Both the position numbers and the translations under genes were made by a program. This document shows, in pieces, positions 18,146 to 28,280 of a stretch of DNA of 64,000 nucleotides. Below the pieces are notes generated by a model, which was not told the origin of the DNA, searched no databases, and saw only the letters and a program-made list of their open reading frames with translations. Source of the DNA: an uncultured Thermoleophilaceae bacterium (lineage in GTDB: Bacteria; Actinomycetota; Thermoleophilia; Solirubrobacterales; Thermoleophilaceae); contig CAWKFR010000009.1 of the NCBI GenBank assembly GCA_963848885.1, positions 25,074 to 89,073 on the forward strand. Reading direction: 5' to 3'. Position 1 is the first letter of the stretch. Each line of letters starts with the position of its first letter.

Positions 18146-19453
18146 GTGGTCGACGGCGTCCTGCTCGTCTACCACCGGCCCGACGCGCCCTGGATCAAGG
18201 ACGCGTCCACCGTGATGGAGCACGTGAACTCCTTCGCGGCGCACTCGCGCAACCGGATCTGGCAGGTGAACACCGACCTCGGGTTCCCGCCCGCGCTGGC
18301 GGGGCTCGACTTCCGGGCGGTGATCGTCCACTACTGCGTGTTCGGCATGGGCCCGTACCGGCTCGACGACGCCTGGCTGCGCTGGCTGGATGCCTCGAGC
18401 GCCTACAAGATCGCGTTCTTCCAGGACGAGTGCACGCGCTGCCAGCGCCGCTTCCGCTTCCTGGACGAGCACCGCTTCGACTGCGTCTACACCTGCCTGG
18501 AGCCGTCCGAGTTCGGAAAGGCCTACGGGCGCTACACGAGCGTTCCCAAGCTCGTCACGAACGTCCCCGGCTACGTGCCCGAGCACCTGCCGGAGGTCGG
18601 CCGTCGCTTCACGGTGCCGGACGAGCGGCGCGGCGTGGACGTGGGCTACCGCGGCCGGCCGCTGCCCGCCTACCTCGGCCACGGCGCCATGGAGAAGCAC
18701 GAGATCGGCGTGCGCTTCGGCGAGCTGGCGGCGGGCAGCGGGCTGCGCCTCGACCTGGCCACAGGCGAGGGCGACCGGCTCTACGGCGACGACTGGTACC
18801 GCTTCCTCGCCAACTGCCGCTGCGTGCTGGGCGTGGAGTCGGGGGTGTCCTGCTTCGACCTCGAGGACGAGGTGTTCGCCGAGTGGCAGGAGCGCTCGGC
18901 CAACGGGCGGCCGGTCGGCCTCGAGGACCTGACGACGCTGCCGCGCTGGGAGGACGTCGTCTACTACCGGACGATCAGCCCGCGTCACTTCGAGGCCGCC
19001 GCGCTGCGCGTCTGCCAGGTGCTGTTCGAGGGGCGCTACTCGGGCGCGATGGAGCCGATGCGCCACTACATCCCGCTCGCGAAGGACTTCTCCAACCTCG
19101 ACCGGGTGCTGGAGCTGATCCGCGACGCCGACGTGCGGCGCGAGCTGACCGAGAACGCCTACGCCGACCTGATCGAGTCGGGTGAGTGGAGCTACGGGCG
19201 CCTGATCGCGGGCGTGGACGGGACGCTCGAGCAGGCCGGCCTGCGCGCCCGGCCCGACGCCGCCGCCGCGGCGCGGGTGGACGCCGCGCTGGCCGACGGG
19301 CTGCGCAAGCGCCGGCTGCGGCGGCGCGCCGAGTGGGGGCTGTTCTGGCTGCTGTCGCGCAGGGCGACCCAGCGCCTGATCCACTTCGTGCACCCGGTGA
19401 CGAGCCGCGTGCGGCGGCTGCTCGGGATCCGCGGGCCGGACGGTGTGCTCTAG
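18146..19453 (+). CDS. CgeB-like glycosyltransferase-family protein (Glyco_trans_1_2-like C-terminus), paralog 1
   Basis: 435 aa. C-terminal ISPRHFEAAALRVCQVLFEGRYSGAMEPMRHYIPLAKDFSNLDRVLELIRD resembles the CgeB/YkvP-type GT1-like domain. Clear paralog of the next gene. Confidence 0.6.
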   Translation: MVDGVLLVYHRPDAPWIKDASTVMEHVNSFAAHSRNRIWQVNTDLGFPPALAGLDFRAVIVHYCVFGMGPYRLDDAWLRWLDASSAYKIAFFQDECTRCQRRFRFLDEHRFDCVYTCLEPSEFGKAYGRYTSVPKLVTNVPGYVPEHLPEVGRRFTVPDERRGVDVGYRGRPLPAYLGHGAMEKHEIGVRFGELAAGSGLRLDLATGEGDRLYGDDWYRFLANCRCVLGVESGVSCFDLEDEVFAEWQERSANGRPVGLEDLTTLPRWEDVVYYRTISPRHFEAAALRVCQVLFEGRYSGAMEPMRHYIPLAKDFSNLDRVLELIRDADVRRELTENAYADLIESGEWSYGRLIAGVDGTLEQAGLRARPDAAAAARVDAALADGLRKRRLRRRAEWGLFWLLSRRATQRLIHFVHPVTSRVRRLLGIRGPDGVL

Positions 19454-19455
19454 CG

Positions 19456-20724
19456 ATGGTGGTGGTCGCCTACTGCGCGCTCCAGTGGCCGTGGCGCAAG
19501 ACGATCGAGGACCACCTCTACTCGCTGCGCCGCTACGGCGACCGCGACTACCTGTACGTCAACCTCGCCGTGCCGTGGCTGGCGAACGCGTACCTGCCGC
19601 TGCGCCTCGACGCGGTCGTCTGGCACACGACCTTCCTCGGCTGGGTGCGCTGGACGCCGCCGGCGCAGCGGATCGGCGTGATGAAGCGCGCCCGCCGGCT
19701 GGCGGAGCGGGCCAGCCGCCAGCTGGCGCTCCCCCAGGACGAGTTCCTCGGCTCCGACGACGTGTCGGAGGTGATCAACGAGTTCGGCATCGACCACGTG
19801 CTCTCGGTCGCGCCCGAGTCCGAGTGGCCGCTCATCTACGCGGGCGTCGATCGCGACCGCGTCGGCTTCTCGCGCGTCCTGACCGGCTACCTCGACGAGG
19901 ACACCGTCCGCCGCGTCGACGCGATCGTCGCGGCCGGCGGCCCGCGCCCGATCGACATCGGCTACCGGACCGGTCCGCCGAAGCCATTCCTCGGCCGCCA
20001 GGCGATGCTCAAGACCGAGCTCGCCGACGTGGTGCGCGAGCGCGCCCTTGCGCGCGGGCTGCGCGTGGACATCACGACGCGCCCGCAGGACACCCTGCTG
20101 GGCGACGACTGGTACCGCTGGCTGGCGAGCTGCCGGTACACGATCGGCGTGGAGGGCGGCGCGAGCGTGCTCGACCGGGACGGATCGGTGCTCGCCTGCA
20201 CCGAGCGTGTCGCGGCCGAACGGCCCGGCGCCGGCTTCGAGGAGCTCGAGGCCGCCTGCTTCCCCGGCCGGGACGGCGAGCTCGCCTTGAGGGCGCTGTC
20301 GCCCCGTCACCTCGAGGCGTGCGCGACTCGCACGGCTCAGATCCTCGTCGACGGCGACTACAACGGCGTGCTCGAGCCGAATCGCCACTACATCCCGCTG
20401 CGCCGCGACTTCTCGAATCTGGACGAGGTGCTCGACCTGGTCGCGGCGGACGCCGAGCGCGAGCGGGTGGCCGCGGCGGCCTACGAGCAGGTCGTCGCCT
20501 CCGGGCGCTGGACCTACAGGCGGCTGGTGGAGGACGTCGAGGCCGCCCTTCCCTCGGCCGCCCGGCGCCGCGCGGGCCGCGTCACGCCGGCGGCCTCGCG
20601 CGCGCTCGATCAGGCGTCCAAGCCGCTGCTGCCGCTCGCGACCCGCGTGCTGATGCCGCTGCGGCGCCGGGTCTACGGCCGGCTGCGGCTGCGCGGGTAC
20701 GGCACGGCGGAGCGGCAGGGTTGA
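19456..20724 (+). CDS. CgeB-like glycosyltransferase-family protein, paralog 2
   Basis: ATG 19456, 2 nt after the upstream stop. Shares LGDDWYRWLASCRYTIGVEGGASVLD and LSPRHLEACATRTAQILVDGDYNGVLEPNRHYIPLRRDFSNLDEVLDLV with paralog 1. Confidence 0.6.
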   Translation: MVVVAYCALQWPWRKTIEDHLYSLRRYGDRDYLYVNLAVPWLANAYLPLRLDAVVWHTTFLGWVRWTPPAQRIGVMKRARRLAERASRQLALPQDEFLGSDDVSEVINEFGIDHVLSVAPESEWPLIYAGVDRDRVGFSRVLTGYLDEDTVRRVDAIVAAGGPRPIDIGYRTGPPKPFLGRQAMLKTELADVVRERALARGLRVDITTRPQDTLLGDDWYRWLASCRYTIGVEGGASVLDRDGSVLACTERVAAERPGAGFEELEAACFPGRDGELALRALSPRHLEACATRTAQILVDGDYNGVLEPNRHYIPLRRDFSNLDEVLDLVAADAERERVAAAAYEQVVASGRWTYRRLVEDVEAALPSAARRRAGRVTPAASRALDQASKPLLPLATRVLMPLRRRVYGRLRLRGYGTAERQG

Positions 20725-21585
20725 GCCGCAACGACGACGTCACCGTGGTCATCCCCTGCTTCGCGTACGGGCGCTTCCTGCCCGACGCCGTGGACAGCGC
20801 GCTCGCCCAGGAGGGCGGGCCGCCCCGCGTGATCGTCGTCGACGACGGGGCGACCGACCCCGGGACGCTCGAGGCGTTCGAGCGCCTGCCCGCCGGCGCG
20901 ACGCTGCTGCACCAGCCCAACGCCGGCGTGGCCGCCGCGCGCAACGCGGGCGCCGCGGCGGCCGGCACGCCGCTGCTGCTCATGCTCGACGCCGACGACC
21001 GCCTGCGCCCCGGAGCCCTCGCCGCCCTGCGCGCCCCGCTCGAGGCCGACCCCGGGCTCGGCTTCGCCTACGGCGACTCGGAGTTCTTCGGCGCCTGGTC
21101 GGGTCGCCTCGCCTTTCCCGACTACGACCCCTACCGGCTGCTCTACCGCTCGACGATCACCGCGACCAGCCTGATGCGGCGGGAGCCCTTCGAGGCCGTC
21201 GGCGGCTTCGACACCACCCTGCCCGGCTACGAGGACTGGGACTTCTACCTGGGCGCGCTCGAGCGTGGCTGGCGCGGGCTGCGCGTGCCCGAGGTCGTGC
21301 TCGACTACCGCCGCCACGAGACCTCGCGGCTGTCGGGCGACAGGGCCGGCTACCGGCGCCGCTACCGCACCATCCGCGCCAAGCACCGCGCGCTCTACGC
21401 GCGCGCCGGGGAGCTTGCGGCCGACAGCGAGCTCGGGGCGGGCGGCAGGCTCGTCTACCGGACCTGGTGGGCGTGGCGGCCGCTGCCCGGGCGCCGTGGA
21501 GCAGGCGCTCTACCGGATCCTGTTCCGGGCCCGCTCCCGCGCCAGCTCGATCAGCTCGGCGAAGCGGCGGGCCAGCTCGGGATAG
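20721..21585 (+). pseudogene. GT2 family glycosyltransferase, probable frame break near the 3' end
   Basis: TTG 20721 overlaps the upstream stop (TTGA). Motifs: VTVVIPCFAYGRFL, VIVVDDGATD, MLDADD, YEDWDFYL. The reading frame stays open to 21929, antisense to the next gene. A shift near 21490-21500 restores ...WWAWRPLPG/AVEQALYRILFR with a stop at 21585. The 3' end is uncertain. Confidence 0.65.
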
Positions 21586-22749
21586 GCGTAGGCGCGCGGC
21601 GCCGCGGCCGGCACGGCCTCCGGCAGCCGCTCGAGCGCGGCTGCGATCGCCTCGGGGTCGGCGCTCGGGGCCGCGAGCCCGGCCCCCGCCTCGCGCACGA
21701 TCCGAGCCGCCTCGCTGTCGTCGCCCAGGACCAGCACCGGCCGCTCGGCGCCCAGGTACTCGAACAGCTTCCCGGTCGCCTCGCCGCGGCGGGTGCCCGC
21801 CGTGAGCAGCAGCAGCCCGTCGGCCTCGCGCTGGAGCGCGAGCGCCTCGGAGCGCTCGAGGTTGCCGACGTGGCGCACGACTCCGTTCAGGTCGGGCGCC
21901 TCGAGCAGCGCGCCGCTCGCCGGACGTGAGCGGGCCGGCGAAGACGAGCTCGAGCCGATCGCCGCCCCCGCGGTCGCGCAGCAGGCGCAGCGCGTCGAGC
22001 AGCGGGGCCGGGGAGCGCTGGCTGGACGCCATTCGCCCGGTGTGCACGAGCGAGCGGCGCGCGGGGTCAAGCAGCGGGCTCGACCCGGTGCGCGGCGGCA
22101 CCTCCTCGGGGTCGAAGCCGTTGGTCACGGTGTGCGCGTCGGCGCCCAGGCGCGCGTGCAGGTCGGCCGTGAGCGGCTCGCTGACGGCCGTCATCAGGTC
22201 CGCGCGGCGGGCCACGAGCCGCTCGAGGCCGCGATCGAGGCGCCCCTGCACCCCCGTCGGCCAGTCGTGCAGGGTCTCGAAGCCCCAGCCGTCGCGCAGG
22301 TCGGCGATCCAGGCGCTCCGCCGCGCGAGGGCGAGCCCGGCGAGGTGGACCGACTCGGGTCCCGACGTGGTGACGACGCAGTCGAAGCGCCGCGCCGAGC
22401 GCGCAGGGCGCGCGGCACGAGATAGGGCAGCCACGTGAGCAGAGCGGTGTCCGGCACGACCACCTGCGCCAGCCTGCTCGAGCCGGACTCGTAGTCCGAC
22501 TGCCCCGAGGTCCACGCGCGCATGTTGTCCCGGCGCCAGTTGATGCGGCTGGCCATCAGGTCGCCGCGTGCGCACCACGCCCGCAGCGCGATCCTCCCCC
22601 GGCGGCTGATCGACCCAGGCGCACGAGGTGAGCACCGTGACGTCGTAGCCGAGCCGCCGCAGGTACTTCGCCAGGCCTGCAGGACGCCGTGCAGCCACCA
22701 TCCCGCTCGGGGGATAGAAGTGCGTCACGATCAGCAGCGACCCCGTCAC
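21510..22749 (-). pseudogene. GT4 family glycosyltransferase with three frame breaks as given
   Basis: Pieces sit in three minus frames (track ORFs 21157..22824, 22194..22556, 21510..22070). In order: VTGSLLIVTHFYPPSG...DVTVLTS / MASRINWRRDNMRAWTSGQSDYESG...LTWLPYLVP / FDCVVTTSGPESVHLAG...LVFAGPLTSGER / ALLEAPDLNGVVRHVGNLERSEALALQREADGLLLLT...GKLFEYLGAERPVLV. Breaks are near 22560, 22400 and 21920. Confidence 0.7.
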
Positions 22750-22859
22750 GAGGCGGCCACTGTAGTCACCCCGGACCGCCGTACCGGCATACCCCGTCGC
22801 TATCCTCGGCCGGTCTGGGCGCAACCGCAGCCCACCTGAGCGGTTTCAACGCACGACCG

Positions 22860-23627
22860 ATGAGCCTCGCCTCAACAGCAACGAAGCTAGCCGTGGTGCC
22901 CGCCTACAACGAGGCGGAATGCGTGGGCGAGGTCGTGCGGCTGCTGCATCGAAGCGCGCCCGACTTCGACGTGCTGGTCGTGGACGACGGCTCCACCGAC
23001 AGCACGGCCGGCGTCGCCGAGGCGGCCGGCGCGCGCGTGGTGCGCCACCCCTTCAACCTCGGCATCGGCGGCGCGGTCCAGAGCGGCTTCACCTTCGCCC
23101 AGCAGCACGACTACGAGTACCTCGTCCAGGTCGACGGCGACGGTCAGCACGACCCCGCCGAGATCGGGCGCCTCGAGCACGCGATGGCCGAGCACGAGGT
23201 CGACATGGTCTGCGGCTCGCGCTTCCTCTCCGAGGACCACCGCTACCCGGCCCCGATCAGCCGGCGCACCGGGATCCACCTGTTCGCCTTCCTGCTGTCG
23301 CGCATCGTGCGCCAGCGCGTCAGCGACCCCACCTCCGGCTTCCGCCTCTACAACCGCCGCGCGATCGGCGTGTTCGCGCGCGACTACCCGCACGACTACC
23401 CCGAGGTCGAGGCGATCCTGATGGTGCACGCCCACCGGCTGCGGATGTGCGAGGTGCCGGTGCGCATGTACACGCGCGGCGGCGGCGTGTCCTCGATCCA
23501 GGGCACCGGGAAGTCGACGTACTACATGGTCAAGGTCCTGCTCGCGCTGCTGGTCGGCCTGGGGCGCCGGCGAGCGAGCGTCGAGCCCGGCGACGAGGCG
23601 GCCGTCGCGGCCGTGCACGGGATCTGA
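22860..23627 (+). CDS. GT2 polyprenyl-phosphate glycosyltransferase (GtrB/ArnC/DPM1-like)
   Basis: Starts at ATG 22860 within track ORF 22689..23627. Motifs: LAVVPAYNEAECVGEVV, VLVVDDGSTDST, VQVDGDGQHDP, SGFRLYNRRA. C-terminal TM YYMVKVLLALLVGLG. Confidence 0.8.
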   Translation: MSLASTATKLAVVPAYNEAECVGEVVRLLHRSAPDFDVLVVDDGSTDSTAGVAEAAGARVVRHPFNLGIGGAVQSGFTFAQQHDYEYLVQVDGDGQHDPAEIGRLEHAMAEHEVDMVCGSRFLSEDHRYPAPISRRTGIHLFAFLLSRIVRQRVSDPTSGFRLYNRRAIGVFARDYPHDYPEVEAILMVHAHRLRMCEVPVRMYTRGGGVSSIQGTGKSTYYMVKVLLALLVGLGRRRASVEPGDEAAVAAVHGI

Positions 23628-24025
23628 TGGACGCTCGCATCCAGGTCGTCGCGATCATCGCGGCCGCCGGGCTGATCCTGGTGCTGCTCGACCTCGTGCG
23701 CAGGCGCCGCCTGCTCGAGCGCTACGCCCTGCTCTGGCTGTTCAGCGCCGTCATCCTGCTCGCGCTGGCGGTCTGGCGCGACCTGCTCGCCGACGTCGCC
23801 GACCTGATCGGCGTCGCCTACCCGCCCAACGCCCTGTTCCTGATCGCGTTCGGGTTCGTGCTCGTGCTGCTGCTGCACTTCTCGCTCGCCGTCTCGCGCA
23901 TGTCCGATCAGATCAAGGTGCTGGCCCAGCGCCTGGCCCTGCTCGACGAGCACGTGCGCAAGGCCGACCAGCAGGCCGCGGAGGCCGCCGAGCGGAGTGA
24001 CGCGGAAGCGTTCGTCCGCGACTAG
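23627..24025 (+). CDS. Small multi-pass membrane protein, DUF2304-like
   Basis: ATG overlaps the upstream stop (TGATG). 132 aa with three to four hydrophobic spans and a helical tail ([30 protein letters not shown]). The DUF2304 assignment is from memory. Confidence 0.65.
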   Translation: MDARIQVVAIIAAAGLILVLLDLVRRRRLLERYALLWLFSAVILLALAVWRDLLADVADLIGVAYPPNALFLIAFGFVLVLLLHFSLAVSRMSDQIKVLAQRLALLDEHVRKADQQAAEAAERSDAEAFVRD

Positions 24026-24040
24026 GGTTTCTCGACACCC

Positions 24041-25032
<992 letters not shown>

Positions 25033-25033
25033 G

Positions 25034-26209
25034 ATGGCGGCGGCACCGCAGGACTGCGACCTGGCCGTCGTCGGGGGCGGGATCCTCGGGCTGGCCGTCG
25101 CCCGCGAGCTGACTCGCCGCCGCCCCGGGCTCGACGCGGTCGTGCTCGAGCACGGACCGGCCGTCGCCGGCGGCCAGACGGGCTCCAACAGCGGCGTCAT
25201 CCACGCGGGCATCTACTACATGCCCGGCTCGCTCAAGGCTCGCCTGTGCGTCGAGGGCGCCCGCGAGATGTACGAGTTCTGCGAGGCCAAGGGGATCGAG
25301 CACGAGCGCTGCGGGAAGCTGATCGTTGCGCGCGACGAGGGCGAGCTGGGCAGGCTCGACGAGCTCGAGCGGCGCGGACGCGAGAACCAGGTGCCGGGGC
25401 TGCGGCGCCTGTCGGCCGGCGAGATCTCCGAGATCGAGCCGCACTGCCGCGGCGCGGCGGCGCTGCACTCCCCGAACACCGGGATCGTGGACTTCGCGGA
25501 CGTCGCCCGGGCGCTCGCGCAGGAGCTCTCGGACGCGGGCACCCCGGTGGCGCTCGACCACGGCATCCACTCGGTGAGCGCGGCCAACGGCCGCATCGCG
25601 CTCACCCACGAGCACGGCGAGACGCGCGCCCGCTTCGCGGTCTTCTGCGCCGGCACGGGGTCGGACAAGCTGGCGGTGGCGGCCGGCGCGCCGCCGGACC
25701 CGCGCATCGTGCCCTTCCGGGGCGCCTACCTGTACCTGAAGCCGGACAGGGCCCCGCTCGTGCGCTCGATGATCTACCCCGTGCCCGACCCGTCGCTGCC
25801 GTTCCTGGGCGTGCACCTGACCAGGCACGTCGGCGGCCACGTGTCGCTCGGCCCGACCGCGCTGCTCGCGCCGCGCTCGCTCGGAGACCTGCTCTGGCCG
25901 GGGACGATCCGCATGGGCCTGAAGTGGTGGCGCACCGGCATCACCGAGATCCGCCACCGGCTCAGCAAGCGCTCGCTCGCGAAGGCGGCCGCCGACTACG
26001 TGCCGGAGCTCAGCCCCGCTGACTTCGACGGCGGCTTCGCGGGCAGGCGCGCGCAGGCGCTCGGCCGCGACGGCAAGCTCGTCGACGACTTCGTCGTCTC
26101 GGAGACCGAGCGCGCCCTGCACGTGCGCAACGCGCCGTCGCCCGCGGCGACGTCCTCGTTCGCCCTCGCCCGCCTGATCGCCGACCGCGCCGAGCCCGGG
26201 CTGGCCTGA
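25034..26209 (+). CDS. FAD-dependent oxidoreductase, L-2-hydroxyglutarate oxidase (LhgO/YgaF)-like
   Basis: 391 aa. DLAVVGGGILGLAVAREL dinucleotide fold and QTGSNSGVIHAGIYYMPGSLKARLCVEG, typical of the LhgO branch of the DAO family. The ATG is 2 nt after the gmd stop. Confidence 0.72.
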   Translation: MAAAPQDCDLAVVGGGILGLAVARELTRRRPGLDAVVLEHGPAVAGGQTGSNSGVIHAGIYYMPGSLKARLCVEGAREMYEFCEAKGIEHERCGKLIVARDEGELGRLDELERRGRENQVPGLRRLSAGEISEIEPHCRGAAALHSPNTGIVDFADVARALAQELSDAGTPVALDHGIHSVSAANGRIALTHEHGETRARFAVFCAGTGSDKLAVAAGAPPDPRIVPFRGAYLYLKPDRAPLVRSMIYPVPDPSLPFLGVHLTRHVGGHVSLGPTALLAPRSLGDLLWPGTIRMGLKWWRTGITEIRHRLSKRSLAKAAADYVPELSPADFDGGFAGRRAQALGRDGKLVDDFVVSETERALHVRNAPSPAATSSFALARLIADRAEPGLA

Positions 26210-26213
26210 CCGG

Positions 26214-26747
26214 ATGCGGCGGCTCGCGACCCGCCTGGAGGGCCCTGTCCTGATCGAGCCCGTCGCGCACGGCGACGCGCGCGGCTTCTTCCTCGAGACC
26301 TACCGTGCCAATCTGCTCGCCGAGCTCGGCGTCCACGACCAGTTCGTGCAGGACAACCAGTCGCGCTCGCGCCGCGGCGTGCTGCGCGGCATGCACTTCC
26401 AGCCTGGCCAGGCCAAGCTGGTGCGCTGCGCGCGCGGGGCGATCCTCGACGCGGTCGTCGACATCCGGCCGGGCTCGCCGTCGTTCGGGCGCTTCGAGGC
26501 GTTCCCGCTCGACGACGAGAACCACCACCAGCTGTACGTGCCCGACGGCTTCGCCCACGGCTTCTGCGTGACCTCGGAGATCGCCGACGTCGTCTACAAG
26601 GTCTCGGCCTACTACGACCCGGCGAGCGAGGCGGGCTTTCGCTTCGACGACCCCGAGGTCGGCATCGACTGGCCTGAGGGGCTCGAGCTGGAGGTGTCGG
26701 CGCGGGACCGCGAGGCGCCGCTGCTGAGCGAGCTCAGCCTCGCTTGA
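26214..26747 (+). CDS. rfbC: NDP-4-dehydro-6-deoxyhexose 3,5-epimerase (RfbC/RmlC family)
   Basis: 177 aa cupin. Motifs: HGDARGFFLETY, SRRGVLRGMHFQ, GAILDAVVDIR, YVPDGFAHGF. Confidence 0.85.
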   Translation: MRRLATRLEGPVLIEPVAHGDARGFFLETYRANLLAELGVHDQFVQDNQSRSRRGVLRGMHFQPGQAKLVRCARGAILDAVVDIRPGSPSFGRFEAFPLDDENHHQLYVPDGFAHGFCVTSEIADVVYKVSAYYDPASEAGFRFDDPEVGIDWPEGLELEVSARDREAPLLSELSLA

Positions 26748-28269
26748 CCAGGGCGCGCTCGGACGCGTCGAGCACCAGCCCGTAGAAGACGCCCCAGTAG
26801 GCCAGCACGCCCGCGGCGGCGAGGGCGACGACGGGGATCGTCTCGTCCATCGGCAGCACGGCCCGGCCGATCCCGAGGGCGGCCGCGAGCAGCGCGCCGA
26901 GCAGGTAGTTGGGCGCCCAGGCGCGGCGGGCCAGCTCGCCCAGCGAGGCCCCCGACGCCGACAGGCCGAGCCGCACCATGAACGGGAACGCCAGGAAGAA
27001 GGGCACCGAGGTCGCGACCGCCGGGCCCTCGACGCCGAGCCCCGGCGTCAGGGCGATCGCCAGCGCGAGGTTGGCGGCCGCGACGCAGACCATGATGCGC
27101 GCGACGTCGCGGGCGCGCCCGGCCCCGACCAGGAAGCCCGGCGTGACGACCAGCCCGCCGTAGAGCAGCCAGTACGAGACGAGGATCGCGAGCGCCACGT
27201 CGCCAGAGCCGTAGCGATCGCCGAGCCACGCCTCGAGGATCGGCTCGGCCAGCACGATCAGCGTCACGCAGACAGGCACGAACAGCGCAAGCGTGTAGCG
27301 CGTGCCGCGCACGACGAGCTCGCGCAGCCGCCGCCGGTCGCCGGTCGCGAGGTAGCGCGAGGCGGTCGGGACGACCGGGACCGCGAGCGCCCCGCCCAGG
27401 GCGTAGAGCAGGTTGTGGGCGCGCACGGGCCCCTCGTAGCGGCCGACCGCCGTGGGCGACTTGTAGGCGCCCAGCACGATCCGCCCGCAGGCGTACATGG
27501 CCATGTTGCAGAGCTCGATGACGAGCAGCCAGCCCGCCGTCGGGACGATCGACATCAGGCGCGGACGGGTCGCTGCGGACGGCTGCACGCGCAGGCCTAG
27601 GCCGGCGCGGCGCGCGACCAGCGCCGACAGCGTCCCGCTGTAGAGCGGGAGCAGGCCGCTCGCGGCGATCAGCGCGCCCAGGCCCGCGCCGCCGAAGATC
27701 AGCGCGAGCATGGTCGCGAGGTAGAGCGCCACGGCGACGATCTCGGTCGCGGCGGCGCGCACGAACTGGCGCTCCGCGCGCAGCGCGTCGAGGCAGACGC
27801 TGGCGCTCACGCCGAGCGCGGTCACCGCGCCTAGGCCGAGCCCTCCGGCGCGACCGTCGGCGGCCAGGTCGCCGTCGAGGATCAGCCCCGCGATCAGCAC
27901 GCCGACGCCCGCGATCAGCAGGCCGGTGGCGAGCCCGGCCAGCGCGTACAGGACGGCGGCCGCCGAGAACACGAGCCGGCGCTCGGCCGGGTCGACCGCG
28001 GCAGCCATCGCGCGCACGGCCGACGACGCGACGCTGTTGCGCAGCACCAGCAGGTAGCCCGCGAGCGACGCCACCAGGCCGTAGGCGCCGAGCTCGGCAA
28101 CCGGCAGGCGCCGCGCCAGGATCGTGACGATCGTGAGCAGCACGAGCAGGCCCGCGCCCTGGGCGGCCTGCTGGAGCAGCGCACCCGAAGCGAGCAGGCG
28201 AGCCTCCGACTGCGCAACCCCGGCGGGACGCACGGGTTTAGACCTTACGCCAGGGCCCGGCGCGCCCAT
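26734..28269 (-). CDS. MOP-superfamily polysaccharide flippase (Wzx-like)
   Basis: 511-aa ORF, hydrophobic throughout with about 12-14 spans, in the Polysacc_synt style. The start may be internal, because only 11 bp separate it from the divergent gene. Confidence 0.72.
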   Translation of the reverse strand: MGAPGPGVRSKPVRPAGVAQSEARLLASGALLQQAAQGAGLLVLLTIVTILARRLPVAELGAYGLVASLAGYLLVLRNSVASSAVRAMAAAVDPAERRLVFSAAAVLYALAGLATGLLIAGVGVLIAGLILDGDLAADGRAGGLGLGAVTALGVSASVCLDALRAERQFVRAAATEIVAVALYLATMLALIFGGAGLGALIAASGLLPLYSGTLSALVARRAGLGLRVQPSAATRPRLMSIVPTAGWLLVIELCNMAMYACGRIVLGAYKSPTAVGRYEGPVRAHNLLYALGGALAVPVVPTASRYLATGDRRRLRELVVRGTRYTLALFVPVCVTLIVLAEPILEAWLGDRYGSGDVALAILVSYWLLYGGLVVTPGFLVGAGRARDVARIMVCVAAANLALAIALTPGLGVEGPAVATSVPFFLAFPFMVRLGLSASGASLGELARRAWAPNYLLGALLAAALGIGRAVLPMDETIPVVALAAAGVLAYWGVFYGLVLDASERALVKRG

Positions 28270-28280
28270 GCTCCGCGCCT

